Origin: Spirochaetia bacterium
Lineage (GTDB): Bacteria; Spirochaetota; Spirochaetia; CAKZLE01
NCBI GenBank assembly: GCA_963677595.1
Contig: OY782041.1
Span: forward strand, 1,472,001 to 1,536,000
Reading direction: 5' to 3'
Length of the DNA: 64,000 nt
The notes beneath the pieces are model-generated. The model ran no database searches, had not been told where the DNA came from, and saw nothing but the letters and a program-made list of their open reading frames with translations. The position numbers and the translations under genes are program-made. How positions within the stretch are numbered: position 1 is the first letter of the stretch; each line of letters begins with the position of its first letter. Below are positions 39,677 through 50,606 of this stretch, in pieces.

Positions 39677-40930
39677 TCAGGAAGGGGAAACTTTTAAGCA
39701 GGCTTCGGTGTAGAGACCGATGAGGGTGCTGGTGATGACATCCCAGCTGTAGCGCTTCATCACCTCCTCATGCCCGGCTTTCGCATAGGCGGAACAGCTC
39801 TCCCGGTCGAGCACGAGGTGCAGGAGGGCATCCTTCATGCTCCCTGAGAACCTGGCAGGGGCCTCAGGGTCGAAGAGCTGGCCGTTCTTCCCGTGTTCGA
39901 TGAGGTGGGGAAGGACTCCCCGTTTCGCGGCTGCCACCGGCAGCCCGGCAGCCCAGGCCTCGAGCACAGCCATGCCGGAAAGCTCATGGAGGGAGGGCAG
40001 GATGAAGCAGTCAGCCGCCTTGTAGGCATTGATCAGGTCCCGGCTCTCATGGGGGAGCCCGGGGATGATCGTCACATGGTTCTCCAGCTTCTGGAGGGCG
40101 ATCTCCTTGAGCACCTCCTCATAATACTGCCTGTTCCCCACAGAGCCAATGAAGAGCAGGTGGACATCAGGGGCTTTCATGAGGATGTCGGGGAGCTGTC
40201 TCACCAGAGAGAGCTGGTTCTTCTGGGGGTCTATCGGTGCGACGTTCAGCACCAGGAACTTCTTATGGGGGATGCTGTAGAGCGTCCTGAACCAGGTCCC
40301 GTCCCCTTCCGAGAACCGTGCAGGGTCGATCCCGTTCGGGAGGTGGACGACCCGCTTCCCGGGGTAGAGCCGGGAGATCGCGGTGAACTCATCCCGGTCG
40401 ACACAGATGATGACGGCAGCGTCCTCGATCACCTTGCGGGAGCCGTAGAGGAAGCCGAGAAGCTTCCCCCACTCCATGACCCCCCGAGGGGACTCGTCCC
40501 GTGAAGGTCCCTCACCCATGGAGGCGGCGAAATCACGCCCATGAAGGGTGATCACGTAGGGGATCCCCTTCCTGTTCGCGACATGCCTGCCGATCCCCCC
40601 GAGCCGCTTCCCGGCATGCAGGTGGATGATGTCGACCTCAGCCTCCCTGCCGAGGGCCCGCAGCAGGGGGAAGGAGAAGGGGTCACCGGATCCGCTGTCG
40701 AACCGGCGCCGCAGTTCACTGCTGAGCCCAAAATAGGGGTAGAAATAGGGGAACCGCCGTATGCCGATCTCCTGGACTGTCTCCTCGGCGATGCCGCATT
40801 GGGCCGTGGTCGTCATCACCTGCGGGGAGTGGCCCTCCTTCATCAGCCGCATAGAGGTCTCCGCGACAAAGGCCTCGGTGCCGCCGCGTTCATCAGGGGC
40901 AAATCGTCTGGGAATCTGTATTATCTTCAT
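39677..40930 (-). CDS. Glycosyltransferase family 4
   Basis: GGTE, PNGID, KNQ, LPSLHE..GMAVLEAWAAGLPV; start MKIIQ at 40930. Confidence 0.9.
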   Translation of the reverse strand: MKIIQIPRRFAPDERGGTEAFVAETSMRLMKEGHSPQVMTTTAQCGIAEETVQEIGIRRFPYFYPYFGLSSELRRRFDSGSGDPFSFPLLRALGREAEVDIIHLHAGKRLGGIGRHVANRKGIPYVITLHGRDFAASMGEGPSRDESPRGVMEWGKLLGFLYGSRKVIEDAAVIICVDRDEFTAISRLYPGKRVVHLPNGIDPARFSEGDGTWFRTLYSIPHKKFLVLNVAPIDPQKNQLSLVRQLPDILMKAPDVHLLFIGSVGNRQYYEEVLKEIALQKLENHVTIIPGLPHESRDLINAYKAADCFILPSLHELSGMAVLEAWAAGLPVAAAKRGVLPHLIEHGKNGQLFDPEAPARFSGSMKDALLHLVLDRESCSAYAKAGHEEVMKRYSWDVITSTLIGLYTEACLKVSPS

Positions 40931-41038
40931 CTCTTGGGCTCTCCGTTCCAACAGTATACCTGAATCAAGAACCGTGAGCAATGAGAATAGGCAGGGTGAG
41001 GGTTTGACAGCAAGGGGGAAATAGAAGAAGATATTCAC

Positions 41039-42022
41039 ATGCTGAAGACTGATACAGGCCCTGAAGACCCCACCCCTGCTCCCCATGCTGCTGCAGGCCC
41101 CTTATCCTCGTTCCCCCTCGCCATCGGGACCTGGTCCTTCGGTGACGATACCTACTGGGAGGGGCAGAGAAAGGAAGACTCGGCAGGGGCGGTCACCTAT
41201 GCGCTGGGACACGGCATCCGCCATATAGACACGGCTGCCCGGTACGGGAACGGGAGGGCTGAACAGCTCGTCGGCCAGCTGGTGCGCAGGTGCTCTTCCC
41301 GCATCAGCCGCGAGGAGCTGGTCCTCGCGACGAAGGTCAGCACCTATGACCCGGGCTCGGTCGAGAAGCGGGTCCGCACCAGCCTCGCCCGGCTGCAGAC
41401 GGACTACCTCGATATCGCCTACCTCCACTGGCCGAAGCGGGGGGTCGACATCATCCCGGTCTACCGGGAACTTGCCCGGCTGAAGCAGGCCGGGCTGCTG
41501 CGGTTCATCGGGGCGACCAACCTGCCTGCCCCCCTGCTGCGGGAACTCCACGCTGCCGTCCCTCTTGATATCTTCCAGACCGCCTACTCCCTCCTCTGGC
41601 GTAAGCCGGAAGATGATATCATCCCCTTCTGCCGGGAAGCGGGGATCACCCTTGCTGCCTACAGCCCCCTGGCACAGGGGCTCCTCTCACGGGAGGATGC
41701 GGCATTCGCCTCTGAGGATCCCAGGAACCGGCTGGTGCCGCTGCGCCGCGGGCATATCGAGCGAACGAAGGCAGTCGTGTCGGCATTATCTGAGGTCTCC
41801 GGGGAGACCGGGAAGTCCATGGCACAGGTGGCCATCGACTGGATCGCCCGGAAGCAGTCCATCGACACCACCATCCTCGGCTGCAGGGACTCATCCCAGC
41901 TCTCAGGCCTGCTCGCCGCCCATGATGAGCCGCTGTCGGATGAGCATATGGGGCTGCTCGACTCTGTCTCTGACCAGACACGGTGCTATGAGGAAGACAA
42001 TATCTTCGGCCATACGTGGTAG
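41039..42022 (+). CDS. Aldo/keto reductase
   Basis: GTW, IDTAARYG, ATK, SLARLQTDYLD..YLHWP, YSPLAQGLL. Confidence 0.92.
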   Translation: MLKTDTGPEDPTPAPHAAAGPLSSFPLAIGTWSFGDDTYWEGQRKEDSAGAVTYALGHGIRHIDTAARYGNGRAEQLVGQLVRRCSSRISREELVLATKVSTYDPGSVEKRVRTSLARLQTDYLDIAYLHWPKRGVDIIPVYRELARLKQAGLLRFIGATNLPAPLLRELHAAVPLDIFQTAYSLLWRKPEDDIIPFCREAGITLAAYSPLAQGLLSREDAAFASEDPRNRLVPLRRGHIERTKAVVSALSEVSGETGKSMAQVAIDWIARKQSIDTTILGCRDSSQLSGLLAAHDEPLSDEHMGLLDSVSDQTRCYEEDNIFGHTW

Positions 42023-42052
42023 GGACTGCCGTTCTGTGATACACTCATCAGC

Positions 42053-42685
42053 ATGCGAATTCCCACTGAGACACGTGAATGCGAGATCGAGATCAAGAGA
42101 TCGAAGTTCATCACCTATACCTTCCCCGTCGAGACGACCGAGGATGTGAAGAGACACCTCAAGGAGACCTGGGGTCTGCACCCCCAGGCTTCACATGTGG
42201 TCCAGGCCTACATCCTCGGTGACCATGGGGACATCTTCGGGATGAGTGACGACCATGAACCCAAGAACACCGCGGGACGGCCGGCACTGGAGGTGCTCAA
42301 GGGCAGCGGCCTCACCCGGGTCCTCGTCCTCATTGTACGCTACTTCGGGGGGACCAAGCTGGGGACCGGCGGGCTGGTCAAGGCTTATACCCTGGCAGCC
42401 CAGGAGGGGATCGCGAGGATCGCATCCGAGGAGCTGGTCGACCGGAGCCGGTTCAGCCTCGAAATCCCCTATGAGCTCTACACCCCTGCCCAGTCGATCC
42501 TTGCCGACTGTGAGGCTGATGCGCTGGAGGAGGATTTCGGGACGGTGATAACGATCAGGGGACGGATACCGGCAAGCCGGTTCGGGGAAGCGAATGCCGC
42601 TGTCACTGACAGGTCAGCGGGGAAGTGCTCCCTAACGCTTCTCGAACCTCACGAGCAGCAGCACGGTGAGGATGATCAGGTGTGA
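42053..42685 (+). CDS. yigZ: YigZ/IMPACT family protein
   Basis: IKRSKFI, SDDHEPKNTAGRP, RYFGGTKLGTGGLVKAY. Confidence 0.92.
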   Translation: MRIPTETRECEIEIKRSKFITYTFPVETTEDVKRHLKETWGLHPQASHVVQAYILGDHGDIFGMSDDHEPKNTAGRPALEVLKGSGLTRVLVLIVRYFGGTKLGTGGLVKAYTLAAQEGIARIASEELVDRSRFSLEIPYELYTPAQSILADCEADALEEDFGTVITIRGRIPASRFGEANAAVTDRSAGKCSLTLLEPHEQQHGEDDQV

Positions 42686-43054
42686 GAGCACCGTCGGAAG
42701 CCAGGTGATGAAGCTGAACCGGGCGGCCGAATGGATCTGGCCGACGAAATCGAGCAGGATGATCACCACAGCCCAGATGCCCACAACCCCGTCCATAGCC
42801 CACTTCATGATGATCGTGCCCTTCTTCGTGAAGAGCGTGGCGACCATGGCGGCCCCGCTGATGAGCAGCAGGAGCGAGATGATGAGGATCAGAGCCTGGT
42901 TAGCCTCCCCCCAGTCATGCGCGATCGAGAAGAGCGCATGGCCTGAGATCCCGGAGATCCCGAACAGGATCCCGTAGATCCCCACGAGAACCTGCAGGAT
43001 CGAGATCACCTGCTTGATCTTCTGCGTCTTAGTCTTCTTCTTCCTTTCGGCCAT
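42632..43054 (-). CDS. Hypothetical 4-TM membrane protein
   Basis: Basic N-terminus then four hydrophobic segments; co-oriented with the met operon. Confidence 0.7.
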   Translation of the reverse strand: MAERKKKTKTQKIKQVISILQVLVGIYGILFGISGISGHALFSIAHDWGEANQALILIISLLLLISGAAMVATLFTKKGTIIMKWAMDGVVGIWAVVIILLDFVGQIHSAARFSFITWLPTVLSHLIILTVLLLVRFEKR

Positions 43055-43433
43055 CGCCTTCCTGCCTGTCCAGGTACTGTTTCTCGATTCCGATCACCCG
43101 CTTGTTCAGGTCGTTGATCCGGTACTCGATGGTATGCAGCATCCAGAACTCGAAATGGTTCTGCTTCAGGATCGACTGGATCAACATGATGATCTTCAGG
43201 CTGACCAGCAGGAGACCGACCTCGAGAGAGAGCATGGTTGGGATGATATGGGTGGTAACCTCCAGCGTGAACAGCCCCACCGTGATGGCAAGGATGAGCC
43301 AGTTGATCATCTTATGCTTCCTGATATCGGTGGTACCGCCGATCCTGCCGAGCATCTGCCGGATCCGCTCCCGTTCATGGTTGTACTCCCTGATCTCCGC
43401 TTCCAGTTCCTCGATCGATGCCTGGTCTGCCAT
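43029..43433 (-). CDS. Hypothetical protein (coiled coil, two TM, coiled coil)
   Basis: Starts 4 nt after the metF stop; host codon usage; NHFEFWML segment. Confidence 0.75.
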   Translation of the reverse strand: MADQASIEELEAEIREYNHERERIRQMLGRIGGTTDIRKHKMINWLILAITVGLFTLEVTTHIIPTMLSLEVGLLLVSLKIIMLIQSILKQNHFEFWMLHTIEYRINDLNKRVIGIEKQYLDRQEGDGRKEEED

Positions 43434-43437
43434 ATCC

Positions 43438-44391
43438 CTAAAACACCTCTTTGACGATCTTCGCTATATTCCGTGCCTTGCCCAGTGTATAGTAGTGGAT
43501 GCCCGGGACCCCGTGGGCGATCAGGTCCTTCGACTGCCTGATGGTGAACTCTACCCCGACCTGGCGTGCCTCCGCATTGGTGGTGCACGCGTTCACCGCC
43601 TCTACCAAGTCCTCCGGCAGGTCGATGCTGAAGGTCTGCGGCAGCAGCTGGATATCAGAGAGGAGGGAGATCGGCTTGATCCCGGGGATGATCGGTACGG
43701 TGATGCCTGCCTCCCGGCAGGTATCGACGAAATCATAGAAGTACTGGTTCTCGAAGAACATCTGCGTGACGATATACTCCGCCCCCGCATCTACCTTCTG
43801 CTTGAGCATCCGTATATCCTGGTCCATGTTCGGCGACTCGAAGTGCTTCTCCGGGTATCCGGCGACACCGACGCAGAAGTTGGTCGGGTCCGGGTTTTGG
43901 ATGAGCTCATCGAGGTACTTCCCCCTGTTGAGCTCCATGATCTGCTCGACCATCTCATTGGTATGGGCCGATCCCTGGGGATGCGGGGTAAATCGCCGTT
44001 CGCCCTTGGGCGGGTCACCCCTGAGGGCGAAGACGTTGTCGATCCCAAGGAAGTTGAGCTCGATGAGGGCATCCTCTGTCTCCTCCTTCGAGAACCCGCC
44101 GCAGATCAGGTGGGGTACCACCTCGATCTCGTACTTGTTCTTCACCGCCGCCGAGAGGGCCACGGTACCCGGCCGCTTGCGGATGACCCGGCGCTCCATC
44201 AGCCCGTCGGGACGCTCCCTGAAGATGGTCTCCTGCTGGTGGTAGGTGAAGTTTATGTAAGCCGGCTCGAACTCCCTGAGGGTATCGACTGCGGCGAAGA
44301 TGCTGTCGATCTTCTTCCCCTTCATCGGGGGCAGCAGCTCAAAGGTGAATAACGGGCGTTTTGCCTGTTCGATAATATCTATGACTTTCAT
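43438..44391 (-). CDS. metF: 5,10-methylenetetrahydrofolate reductase
   Basis: FELLPP, ALRGDPP, VAGYPEKH, VTQMFF, HYYTL. Confidence 0.95.
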   Translation of the reverse strand: MKVIDIIEQAKRPLFTFELLPPMKGKKIDSIFAAVDTLREFEPAYINFTYHQQETIFRERPDGLMERRVIRKRPGTVALSAAVKNKYEIEVVPHLICGGFSKEETEDALIELNFLGIDNVFALRGDPPKGERRFTPHPQGSAHTNEMVEQIMELNRGKYLDELIQNPDPTNFCVGVAGYPEKHFESPNMDQDIRMLKQKVDAGAEYIVTQMFFENQYFYDFVDTCREAGITVPIIPGIKPISLLSDIQLLPQTFSIDLPEDLVEAVNACTTNAEARQVGVEFTIRQSKDLIAHGVPGIHYYTLGKARNIAKIVKEVF

Positions 44392-44400
44392 CTCTCTTCC

Positions 44401-47400
44401 TTATTCGTCTGTTTGTACGGACCGGCTCAGCCAGGTAAGGATCTCCTCCCTGTCCATCCCCTTGCGTCCTGCATATTCCGTGACCTGGTCCTCCCCGATA
44501 CTCCCGACTGAGAAGTACCGTGAATCAGGATGCGCTATATAATACCCGCAGACTGAGGCGGCCGGTATCATCGCCTGACTCTCCGTCAGCGAGATGCCCG
44601 TCACCCCGGTCCCGCCGAGGACCCTGATGACCGTCTCCTTCTCAGAATGGTCGGGGCACATGGGGTATCCCGGTGCGGGTCTCACCCCTTGAATCGTATC
44701 ATACCCCCAGTATTCAGTCATCACCTTCTCATGCATGTATTCACTCGCTGCCTCCACCACCCGGTCGGCTACACTCTGCAGGAGCAGCTTCCGGTAGTCA
44801 TCGTCACCGTAGGAGGAGAGGATCCCCTCCATGCCGATGCCGGCAGTGATGGCGAAGAGCCCGATCCAGTCCCCGTCTGCCGAGAAGTAGTCCGCGATCG
44901 AGGCTCCCTCCAGCTTCGTCTCCTGCTGCCTGAGGAAGTGGAGCGTTTCGTGCGACTCCCCGGTCTTGAGGATCAGGTCATCTGCTTCCCGGGTGACGGG
45001 ATAGATCCCGGTCACAGCCCGGATGGTATACCCGTAGGTCAGTTTGAGTTCCTTGAGCAGTTCCTGCGCATCCCGGGTGAGTTCGTCGGCCTCATCGCCG
45101 GTGAACGGCAGTTTCCAGGTATGGAGAAACATCTTCCAGTTGATCAGCGGCTCTACTTCAGCCAAGGGGATCTCAAGGACCTGCTGCCCTGGTACCAGGG
45201 GTGCCCGTGCGGGGATAGCTCTGACCGTCTCGCTACCGAGCTTCCTGGCCGCTTCGAGCGACCGGAGCGCCTCTGTCTGCCCACCCTCCCCATGGAGGGT
45301 TCGGATGGAGCGGTAGGTCTCCTCGAGCTCTGTGACGAATGCATCCCTGGTCCTGGGGTTCAGCAGCCTCATCGCTGCCTCCACCCCGCCTGATGCATCC
45401 CTCGTATGGACTACCGGGCCGCAGTAGTTCGGCGCGATCTTGATTGCGGTATGCTCGATCGAGGTGGTTGCCCCCCCGACGAAGAGCGGTATCCTCAGGC
45501 CCCGCTTCTCGAGTTCGCTCGCAACATGGATCATCTCGTTGAGCGAGGGGGTGATCAGCCCGCTGAGGGCGATGATGTCGACCTGCTCTTCGAGTGCCCG
45601 GGCGATGATCTCATCAGCGGGGACCATGACCCCGAGGTCGATGATCTCGATCCCGTTGCAGGCGAGGACGACGGAGACGATGTTCTTCCCGATGTCGTGG
45701 ACATCACCCTTGACCGTGGCGATGAGCAGCTTGCCCATCGAAGAGGACCCGGTACCTGATTGCTCCTCCTCGATGAGGGGCTGCAGGTACTCGACTGCCT
45801 TCTTCATGACCCTCGCGCTCTTCACCACCTGGGGGAGGAACATCTTTCCCTTCCCGAACAGGGTCCCTACCTGGCGCATCCCGTCCATGAGGGGGCCCTC
45901 GATGAGGGAGATCACAGGTTCTGAATGTACCTTCTTTTCTCTCACTGCCTCATCGAGGTCGCCGGCGATATAGTCGGTGAACCCCTTCATCAGGCTGTGG
46001 GTCAGTCGTTGGGAGACGGGCTCCTTCCTCCAGGCGCTGTCCGCCTGGTTCTGGAGCTTGGCAGATCCTTTCATATCATCGGCTGCCATATGCTCAGCGA
46101 AGGAGATGAGCTTCTCAGCCGCATCTGCTGTCCGGCAGAGGATCGCGTCCTCCACCACCTGCAGCAGGTCTGCCGGTATATCATCATAGAGGGTGACCAT
46201 AGCCGGGTTCACGATCCCCATGTCCATGCCCTTGGAGATGGCATGGTAGAGGAAGACCGAGTGCATGGCCTCCCGGATCGTGTTGTTGCCGCGGAAGGAG
46301 AACGAGAGGTTGCTCACCCCGCCGCTCACCTTCGCATGGGGGAGGTTCCCCTTGATCCAGCCGACTGCCTCGATGAAGTCCTTCGCGTACCGGTCGTGCT
46401 CGCTCATGCCGGTCGCGATGGCGAGGACGTTGGGGTCGAAGATGATATCTTCCGGCGGGATGCCGGCTTTCTCGGTGAGCAGGGTATAGGATCGCTCTGC
46501 TATGCTGATCTTCTTCTCATAGGTATCGGCCTGCCCGGACTCATCGAAGAGCATGACCACCATCGCGGCTCCGTAGGATCGGATGGCCCGTGCACGTTCG
46601 ATGAAGGCCTCTTCGCCCTCCTTGAGGCTGATCGAGTTGACGATCCCCTTCCCCTGGAGGCAGGCGAGCCCTGAGAGGATCACCTCCCAGTCAGAGGAGT
46701 CCACCATGACCGGGACCCTGGCTATGTCAGGTTCGGCCGCGATGAGGTTGAGGTAGCGTACCATCGAAGCCTTCGCGTCGAGCATGGCATCGTCCATGCA
46801 GATGTCGATGACCTGGGCACCGTTGCGCACCTGGCTCCCCGCGATCGAGATCGCCTCCTCGAACTTCTCCTCGCGGATCAGCCGGGCGAACTTCCTCGAC
46901 CCGGAGACGTTGGTACGCTCCCCGATATTGACGAAATTCCTCTCAGCGGTCATATAGAGCGGCTCGAGGCCGCTGAAGGCTGACGTATGTCCCTTCTCGG
47001 GGATGGTCCTCGGTGAGAACCTGCCTGCCAGTTCAGCTATGATGCGTATATGGTCATAGGTGGTCCCGCAGCAGCCCCCGATGATGTTCACCAGCCCGTC
47101 GGAGAGAAACCCCTCAAGGATCCCGCCCATCTTCTGCGCGCTCTGGGTATAGTCCCCGTTCCGGTCGGGAAGCCCTGCGTTCGGGTGGGCACTCACGAGG
47201 GAGGGGGCACAGGCCGAGAGGGTCTCGAGGTGGGGTCGAAGTTCCTCCGCCCCCATCGAGCAGTTGAGCCCGATGCTGAAGAGGTTCGCATGCTCTAGTG
47301 AGAGGCTGAACGCCTCCACCGTCTGGCCTGAGAGGGTCCTGCCGCTGGCATCGCTCAGGGTCCCCGATACCATGATCGGGAAGGGATGCTCGCTGCGGTA

Positions 47401-48018
47401 CCCGCGCTCCTTGAGGAGCGTGCCAGCCGCGAAGAGGGCTGCCTTGCAGTTGAGGGTGTCGAAGACGGTCTCGATGAGCAGGATGTCGACACGCCCGTCG
47501 AGGAGTCCTGCGATCTGGACGGAGTAGGAGTCGACCAGGTCAGAGAAGGAGACCTCCCGGTAGCCGGGATCATCCACCTTGGGTGAGATCGACGCCGTCT
47601 TGCTGGTAGGCCCGATCGAACCCGCGACGAACCGGGGCTTCCCGTCAGCCTGTTCAGAAGACTCGACCACCATCCTTGCCAATTCCGCAGCCGCGAGGTT
47701 CATGTCATAGGCGAGGTCCTGCATCCCGTAATCCTTCAGGGTGATGGGATTCGCCCCGAAGGTGTTCGTCGAGATGATGTCAGCACCAGCATCCACGTAG
47801 CCCTGGTAGATCTCGCTGATGATGTCATACCTGGTCAGCGAGAGCAGGTCGTTGCACCCCTTGAGCGGGATGGAGGCCGCACCGGGGATAGTGTCGACGA
47901 CCTCGCCGCGGAAGTCATCCTCCCCCAGAGCGTATCGCTGCAGCAGGGAACCCATGGCCCCGTCAAGGACGAGGATCCTCGTTGCTGCCTCTTCATATAA
48001 TCTGTCTATCCTGTTCAT
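44401..48018 (-). CDS. metH: Cobalamin-dependent methionine synthase
   Basis: LDGAMG, GLNC and GGCCGT Zn ligands, GERTNV pterin domain, [10 protein letters not shown]12 motif, RPAPGYP reactivation domain. Confidence 0.97.
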   Translation of the reverse strand: MNRIDRLYEEAATRILVLDGAMGSLLQRYALGEDDFRGEVVDTIPGAASIPLKGCNDLLSLTRYDIISEIYQGYVDAGADIISTNTFGANPITLKDYGMQDLAYDMNLAAAELARMVVESSEQADGKPRFVAGSIGPTSKTASISPKVDDPGYREVSFSDLVDSYSVQIAGLLDGRVDILLIETVFDTLNCKAALFAAGTLLKERGYRSEHPFPIMVSGTLSDASGRTLSGQTVEAFSLSLEHANLFSIGLNCSMGAEELRPHLETLSACAPSLVSAHPNAGLPDRNGDYTQSAQKMGGILEGFLSDGLVNIIGGCCGTTYDHIRIIAELAGRFSPRTIPEKGHTSAFSGLEPLYMTAERNFVNIGERTNVSGSRKFARLIREEKFEEAISIAGSQVRNGAQVIDICMDDAMLDAKASMVRYLNLIAAEPDIARVPVMVDSSDWEVILSGLACLQGKGIVNSISLKEGEEAFIERARAIRSYGAAMVVMLFDESGQADTYEKKISIAERSYTLLTEKAGIPPEDIIFDPNVLAIATGMSEHDRYAKDFIEAVGWIKGNLPHAKVSGGVSNLSFSFRGNNTIREAMHSVFLYHAISKGMDMGIVNPAMVTLYDDIPADLLQVVEDAILCRTADAAEKLISFAEHMAADDMKGSAKLQNQADSAWRKEPVSQRLTHSLMKGFTDYIAGDLDEAVREKKVHSEPVISLIEGPLMDGMRQVGTLFGKGKMFLPQVVKSARVMKKAVEYLQPLIEEEQSGTGSSSMGKLLIATVKGDVHDIGKNIVSVVLACNGIEIIDLGVMVPADEIIARALEEQVDIIALSGLITPSLNEMIHVASELEKRGLRIPLFVGGATTSIEHTAIKIAPNYCGPVVHTRDASGGVEAAMRLLNPRTRDAFVTELEETYRSIRTLHGEGGQTEALRSLEAARKLGSETVRAIPARAPLVPGQQVLEIPLAEVEPLINWKMFLHTWKLPFTGDEADELTRDAQELLKELKLTYGYTIRAVTGIYPVTREADDLILKTGESHETLHFLRQQETKLEGASIADYFSADGDWIGLFAITAGIGMEGILSSYGDDDYRKLLLQSVADRVVEAASEYMHEKVMTEYWGYDTIQGVRPAPGYPMCPDHSEKETVIRVLGGTGVTGISLTESQAMIPAASVCGYYIAHPDSRYFSVGSIGEDQVTEYAGRKGMDREEILTWLSRSVQTDE

Positions 48019-48779
48019 CGGTATACCTTCACCTCACAGCTGCCGCAGATACCGGCCTTGTCATCCTTGATGATGACCGCCGATACCACGGCATCGATCT
48101 CCCGGATCCTTCCAATCACGCCATCCACATCGCCGGTGCTGTGCACCTCATTCCCGAACGCCGTGGCATAGGCATCAGCCTGTGCCGTGCTGCGGTGGGC
48201 GATCATCACCGCATCGGCCGTGCCGAAGCTCAGCGAGGGGCCGACCGTACCCGCGGAGGTGCAGACCCCGAGGGGGCTCTCGCCTGCAGGGATCAGGACC
48301 CCGAGCTTGTCCGAGAGGGGAGAGCTCCCGGCAAAGATCCTCAACTGCAGGTCCTCCTCGATATCGAGATAGATATCCCCGCCGTTCTCCACCACGATCT
48401 CACGTATGGGGAACGTATCTTGGAGCTTCCTGCCGATGAGCTCGGAGAAAGTCCCGGCTACCGCCCCCATGGGGCCGATGCCTGCGGTCCTTCCCGCCTC
48501 GATGAGCTGCCTGACCACGTCCGGGGCACCGTCATCCGACGGTACGGGGACCAATGATGCGATGAATCCCCCGTGAGTCTCTTCATATGCACGTATAGTC
48601 TCCTGTAACGACTCGATCTCACGGATCGTCACTCCCTCGAGTTCCCCGGCATCCAGGTCACCGAAGGACCCGGCATCGATCCCGATCCACAGGTCGGTCT
48701 GGCCTACGGAGACGATGATTGATGCGAACCTGCCGCCGCCCATCGCCTCACGGTATATCCTGGGACCGTAGCCTTCCAT
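48015..48779 (-). CDS. UPF0280 / ApbE-like protein (COG2122)
   Basis: [35 protein letters not shown]. Confidence 0.9.
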   Translation of the reverse strand: MEGYGPRIYREAMGGGRFASIIVSVGQTDLWIGIDAGSFGDLDAGELEGVTIREIESLQETIRAYEETHGGFIASLVPVPSDDGAPDVVRQLIEAGRTAGIGPMGAVAGTFSELIGRKLQDTFPIREIVVENGGDIYLDIEEDLQLRIFAGSSPLSDKLGVLIPAGESPLGVCTSAGTVGPSLSFGTADAVMIAHRSTAQADAYATAFGNEVHSTGDVDGVIGRIREIDAVVSAVIIKDDKAGICGSCEVKVYR

Positions 48780-48788
48780 GACAGCCTG

Positions 48789-49205
48789 CTATTCAGCTTC
48801 CCTGGTTATGGAGAAGAGCCGTAAGGGACAGGCCTCCACGCAGAGACCGCAGACGACGCAGCTATCCTGGTCGAACTCGAGTTCCCAGGTCTCGGTATTC
48901 ATCTGCAGGGCGCCCGAGAAACAGACGGAGGTGCAGCTGCCGCAGGCAACGCACTCATTCTGCCGGAACACCAGTGCCTTGACGTGGGGCGAGCATTTGA
49001 CCCCGTCCCGCAGCAGTTCTGCAACGCTGCTGTTCAGGGCCTTCTCCGTCCCTTCCAGTTCCACGACCAGCATCCCGTTCCTCCCGGATGAGATGTCGGC
49101 ATTGAGGATGTTCACGCTGATGTCGAACTTCCTGACCAGGTCCGAGACGAGCGGTTTCTTCACTATCTCCGGTGAGAATCGTAATACATATCTCTTCTTC
49201 ATCAT
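48789..49205 (-). CDS. NIL domain + 2x[4Fe-4S] ferredoxin (aspartate-semialdehyde sulfurtransferase Fe-S subunit-like)
   Basis: VNIL motif, CVACGSCTSVC and CVVCGLCVEACP. Confidence 0.9.
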   Translation of the reverse strand: MMKKRYVLRFSPEIVKKPLVSDLVRKFDISVNILNADISSGRNGMLVVELEGTEKALNSSVAELLRDGVKCSPHVKALVFRQNECVACGSCTSVCFSGALQMNTETWELEFDQDSCVVCGLCVEACPLRLFSITREAE

Positions 49206-49212
49206 CTACCCC

Positions 49213-50361
49213 TTATCTCTGCTTCAGGCCCTTGACGGTGCTCTCTTTCGGGAATGCCTCGACAGGGGTGGTAATGAAGAACTCCCCGGCCTCTATCCAG
49301 CCCTTCAATTCAGCGGCGATCTTCCGCGCCTTCATCAGGCTCGACAGCGGAGCTGTCTTCACCTGCTTCCCATCGATGGTGATGGTCCCCGATCGGAGCT
49401 GTTCATAGTTCGCGACCCCGAGGGACGGCTTGTCCGCCTCGCTGTAGTCGATGACCTGGGTCTCTATCTGGGAATTGGCGATCATGCAGCCCTTCGCGAC
49501 CTCCTCGTCGAGCATGGGGATAGGAATACCTATCCCGATGAAGATAGTCACCCCGTACTTCTCGAAGTAGGCTGCCTTGATGTATTCGGTACTCATCTGC
49601 TTGGCATCGCCGATGACCGCGATCGTCCCGGCATTGCTCGTGGGGATGCCGTATTCGTTCTTGGGTTTCATGGTATTGAACTGGGTCCCGTACCAGGAGA
49701 CATAGCCCTGGGTACCACCAAGGAAGATCCTCGTCCCGATGCCGATCGTCCTGAAGGACGGGTCGTTGAGCAGCGGGCTGAGCTCCCCGGCTGTCGAGTA
49801 GGTCGCGTTCCCGATATCGGGGAGCAGGGTCCCCATATAGGTATAGATGGTCCGGTGCTTGGTGTTGACGGCGACCCCGTAGTTCTGGTAGGCATTCCTG
49901 GGGTTGTAGAGGTAGAACTCGTTCACGCTCTCCTTGTTGATGATGGTCTCGACCTCTTTCTGCGGGTAGCAGTCCGTCCCCTTCGCACGGGCCTTCAGCT
50001 TGACGTCCTTTCCTGCGATCAGCTCCTCGATGACATGGGCCCCTCCGTACCGGTGGTCGAAATGGGACTCGGAGGTCGCGCCGATATAGGTGTCGACTGC
50101 CGCAAGGCCCCCTGAGACAGGTACGTCATTGAGGGTGATCTCCTCCATCCTGATCGGGGGGCTGTAGTGTCCGAAGTTGACGAAGGCCCCTGAGGAACAC
50201 ATCGGCCCGAAGGTCGCCGTGGTCACGACATCGACCTGCTCGACGATCTCGGCCGGGGTCATGGTCTCGGCCATCCTTGACACTTCCTCAGCAGTGACCA
50301 CCACGGCTTCCCCGTTCCTGATCTTCTCATTGATCTCGTCTACCGTCTTCTTCGTACTCAT
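49213..50361 (-). CDS. DUF39 homocysteine biosynthesis protein (L-aspartate semialdehyde sulfurtransferase, no CBS domains)
   Basis: EINEKI..GEAVVVTAEE, VDVVTTATFGPMCSSG, TDCYP, PRNAYQNY, SPLLNDP..RTIGIGTRIFLGG. Confidence 0.9.
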   Translation of the reverse strand: MSTKKTVDEINEKIRNGEAVVVTAEEVSRMAETMTPAEIVEQVDVVTTATFGPMCSSGAFVNFGHYSPPIRMEEITLNDVPVSGGLAAVDTYIGATSESHFDHRYGGAHVIEELIAGKDVKLKARAKGTDCYPQKEVETIINKESVNEFYLYNPRNAYQNYGVAVNTKHRTIYTYMGTLLPDIGNATYSTAGELSPLLNDPSFRTIGIGTRIFLGGTQGYVSWYGTQFNTMKPKNEYGIPTSNAGTIAVIGDAKQMSTEYIKAAYFEKYGVTIFIGIGIPIPMLDEEVAKGCMIANSQIETQVIDYSEADKPSLGVANYEQLRSGTITIDGKQVKTAPLSSLMKARKIAAELKGWIEAGEFFITTPVEAFPKESTVKGLKQR

Positions 50362-50606
50362 CTTCGCTCCTTCGGACCTGGCTCAAGGGAATCCTTGAGC
50401 CGGTATCAGTAGTAGAGATAATACAATAAATAAATTGCTATATGCAATGCAGGGAGGTTGTCTGGAGGGAGAAAGAGGCCTGTTTTACCCGTTCTCCACC
50501 AGATCCGCCCGGCAGGAGGCCAGGATGGGCATGTGTGGTCACGAAACCGCTATATCAGCACATCATACTATGGTAAGATTAGGGAAACACCAATCAGGGG
50601 GATCCC

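Noticed and set aside
43102-44352. Long + strand ORF of 416 aa, and similar ones at 48778-50115, 30432-31502, 11402-12325 and 1710-2657 (- strand)
   Set aside because: Antisense shadows of well-supported genes caused by high-GC codon bias; no recognisable motifs
50362-50460. SAM-I (S-box) riboswitch expected before the met operon
   Set aside because: No ATCnAGAG or GCAACC core motifs, and the predicted leader is only about 50 nt
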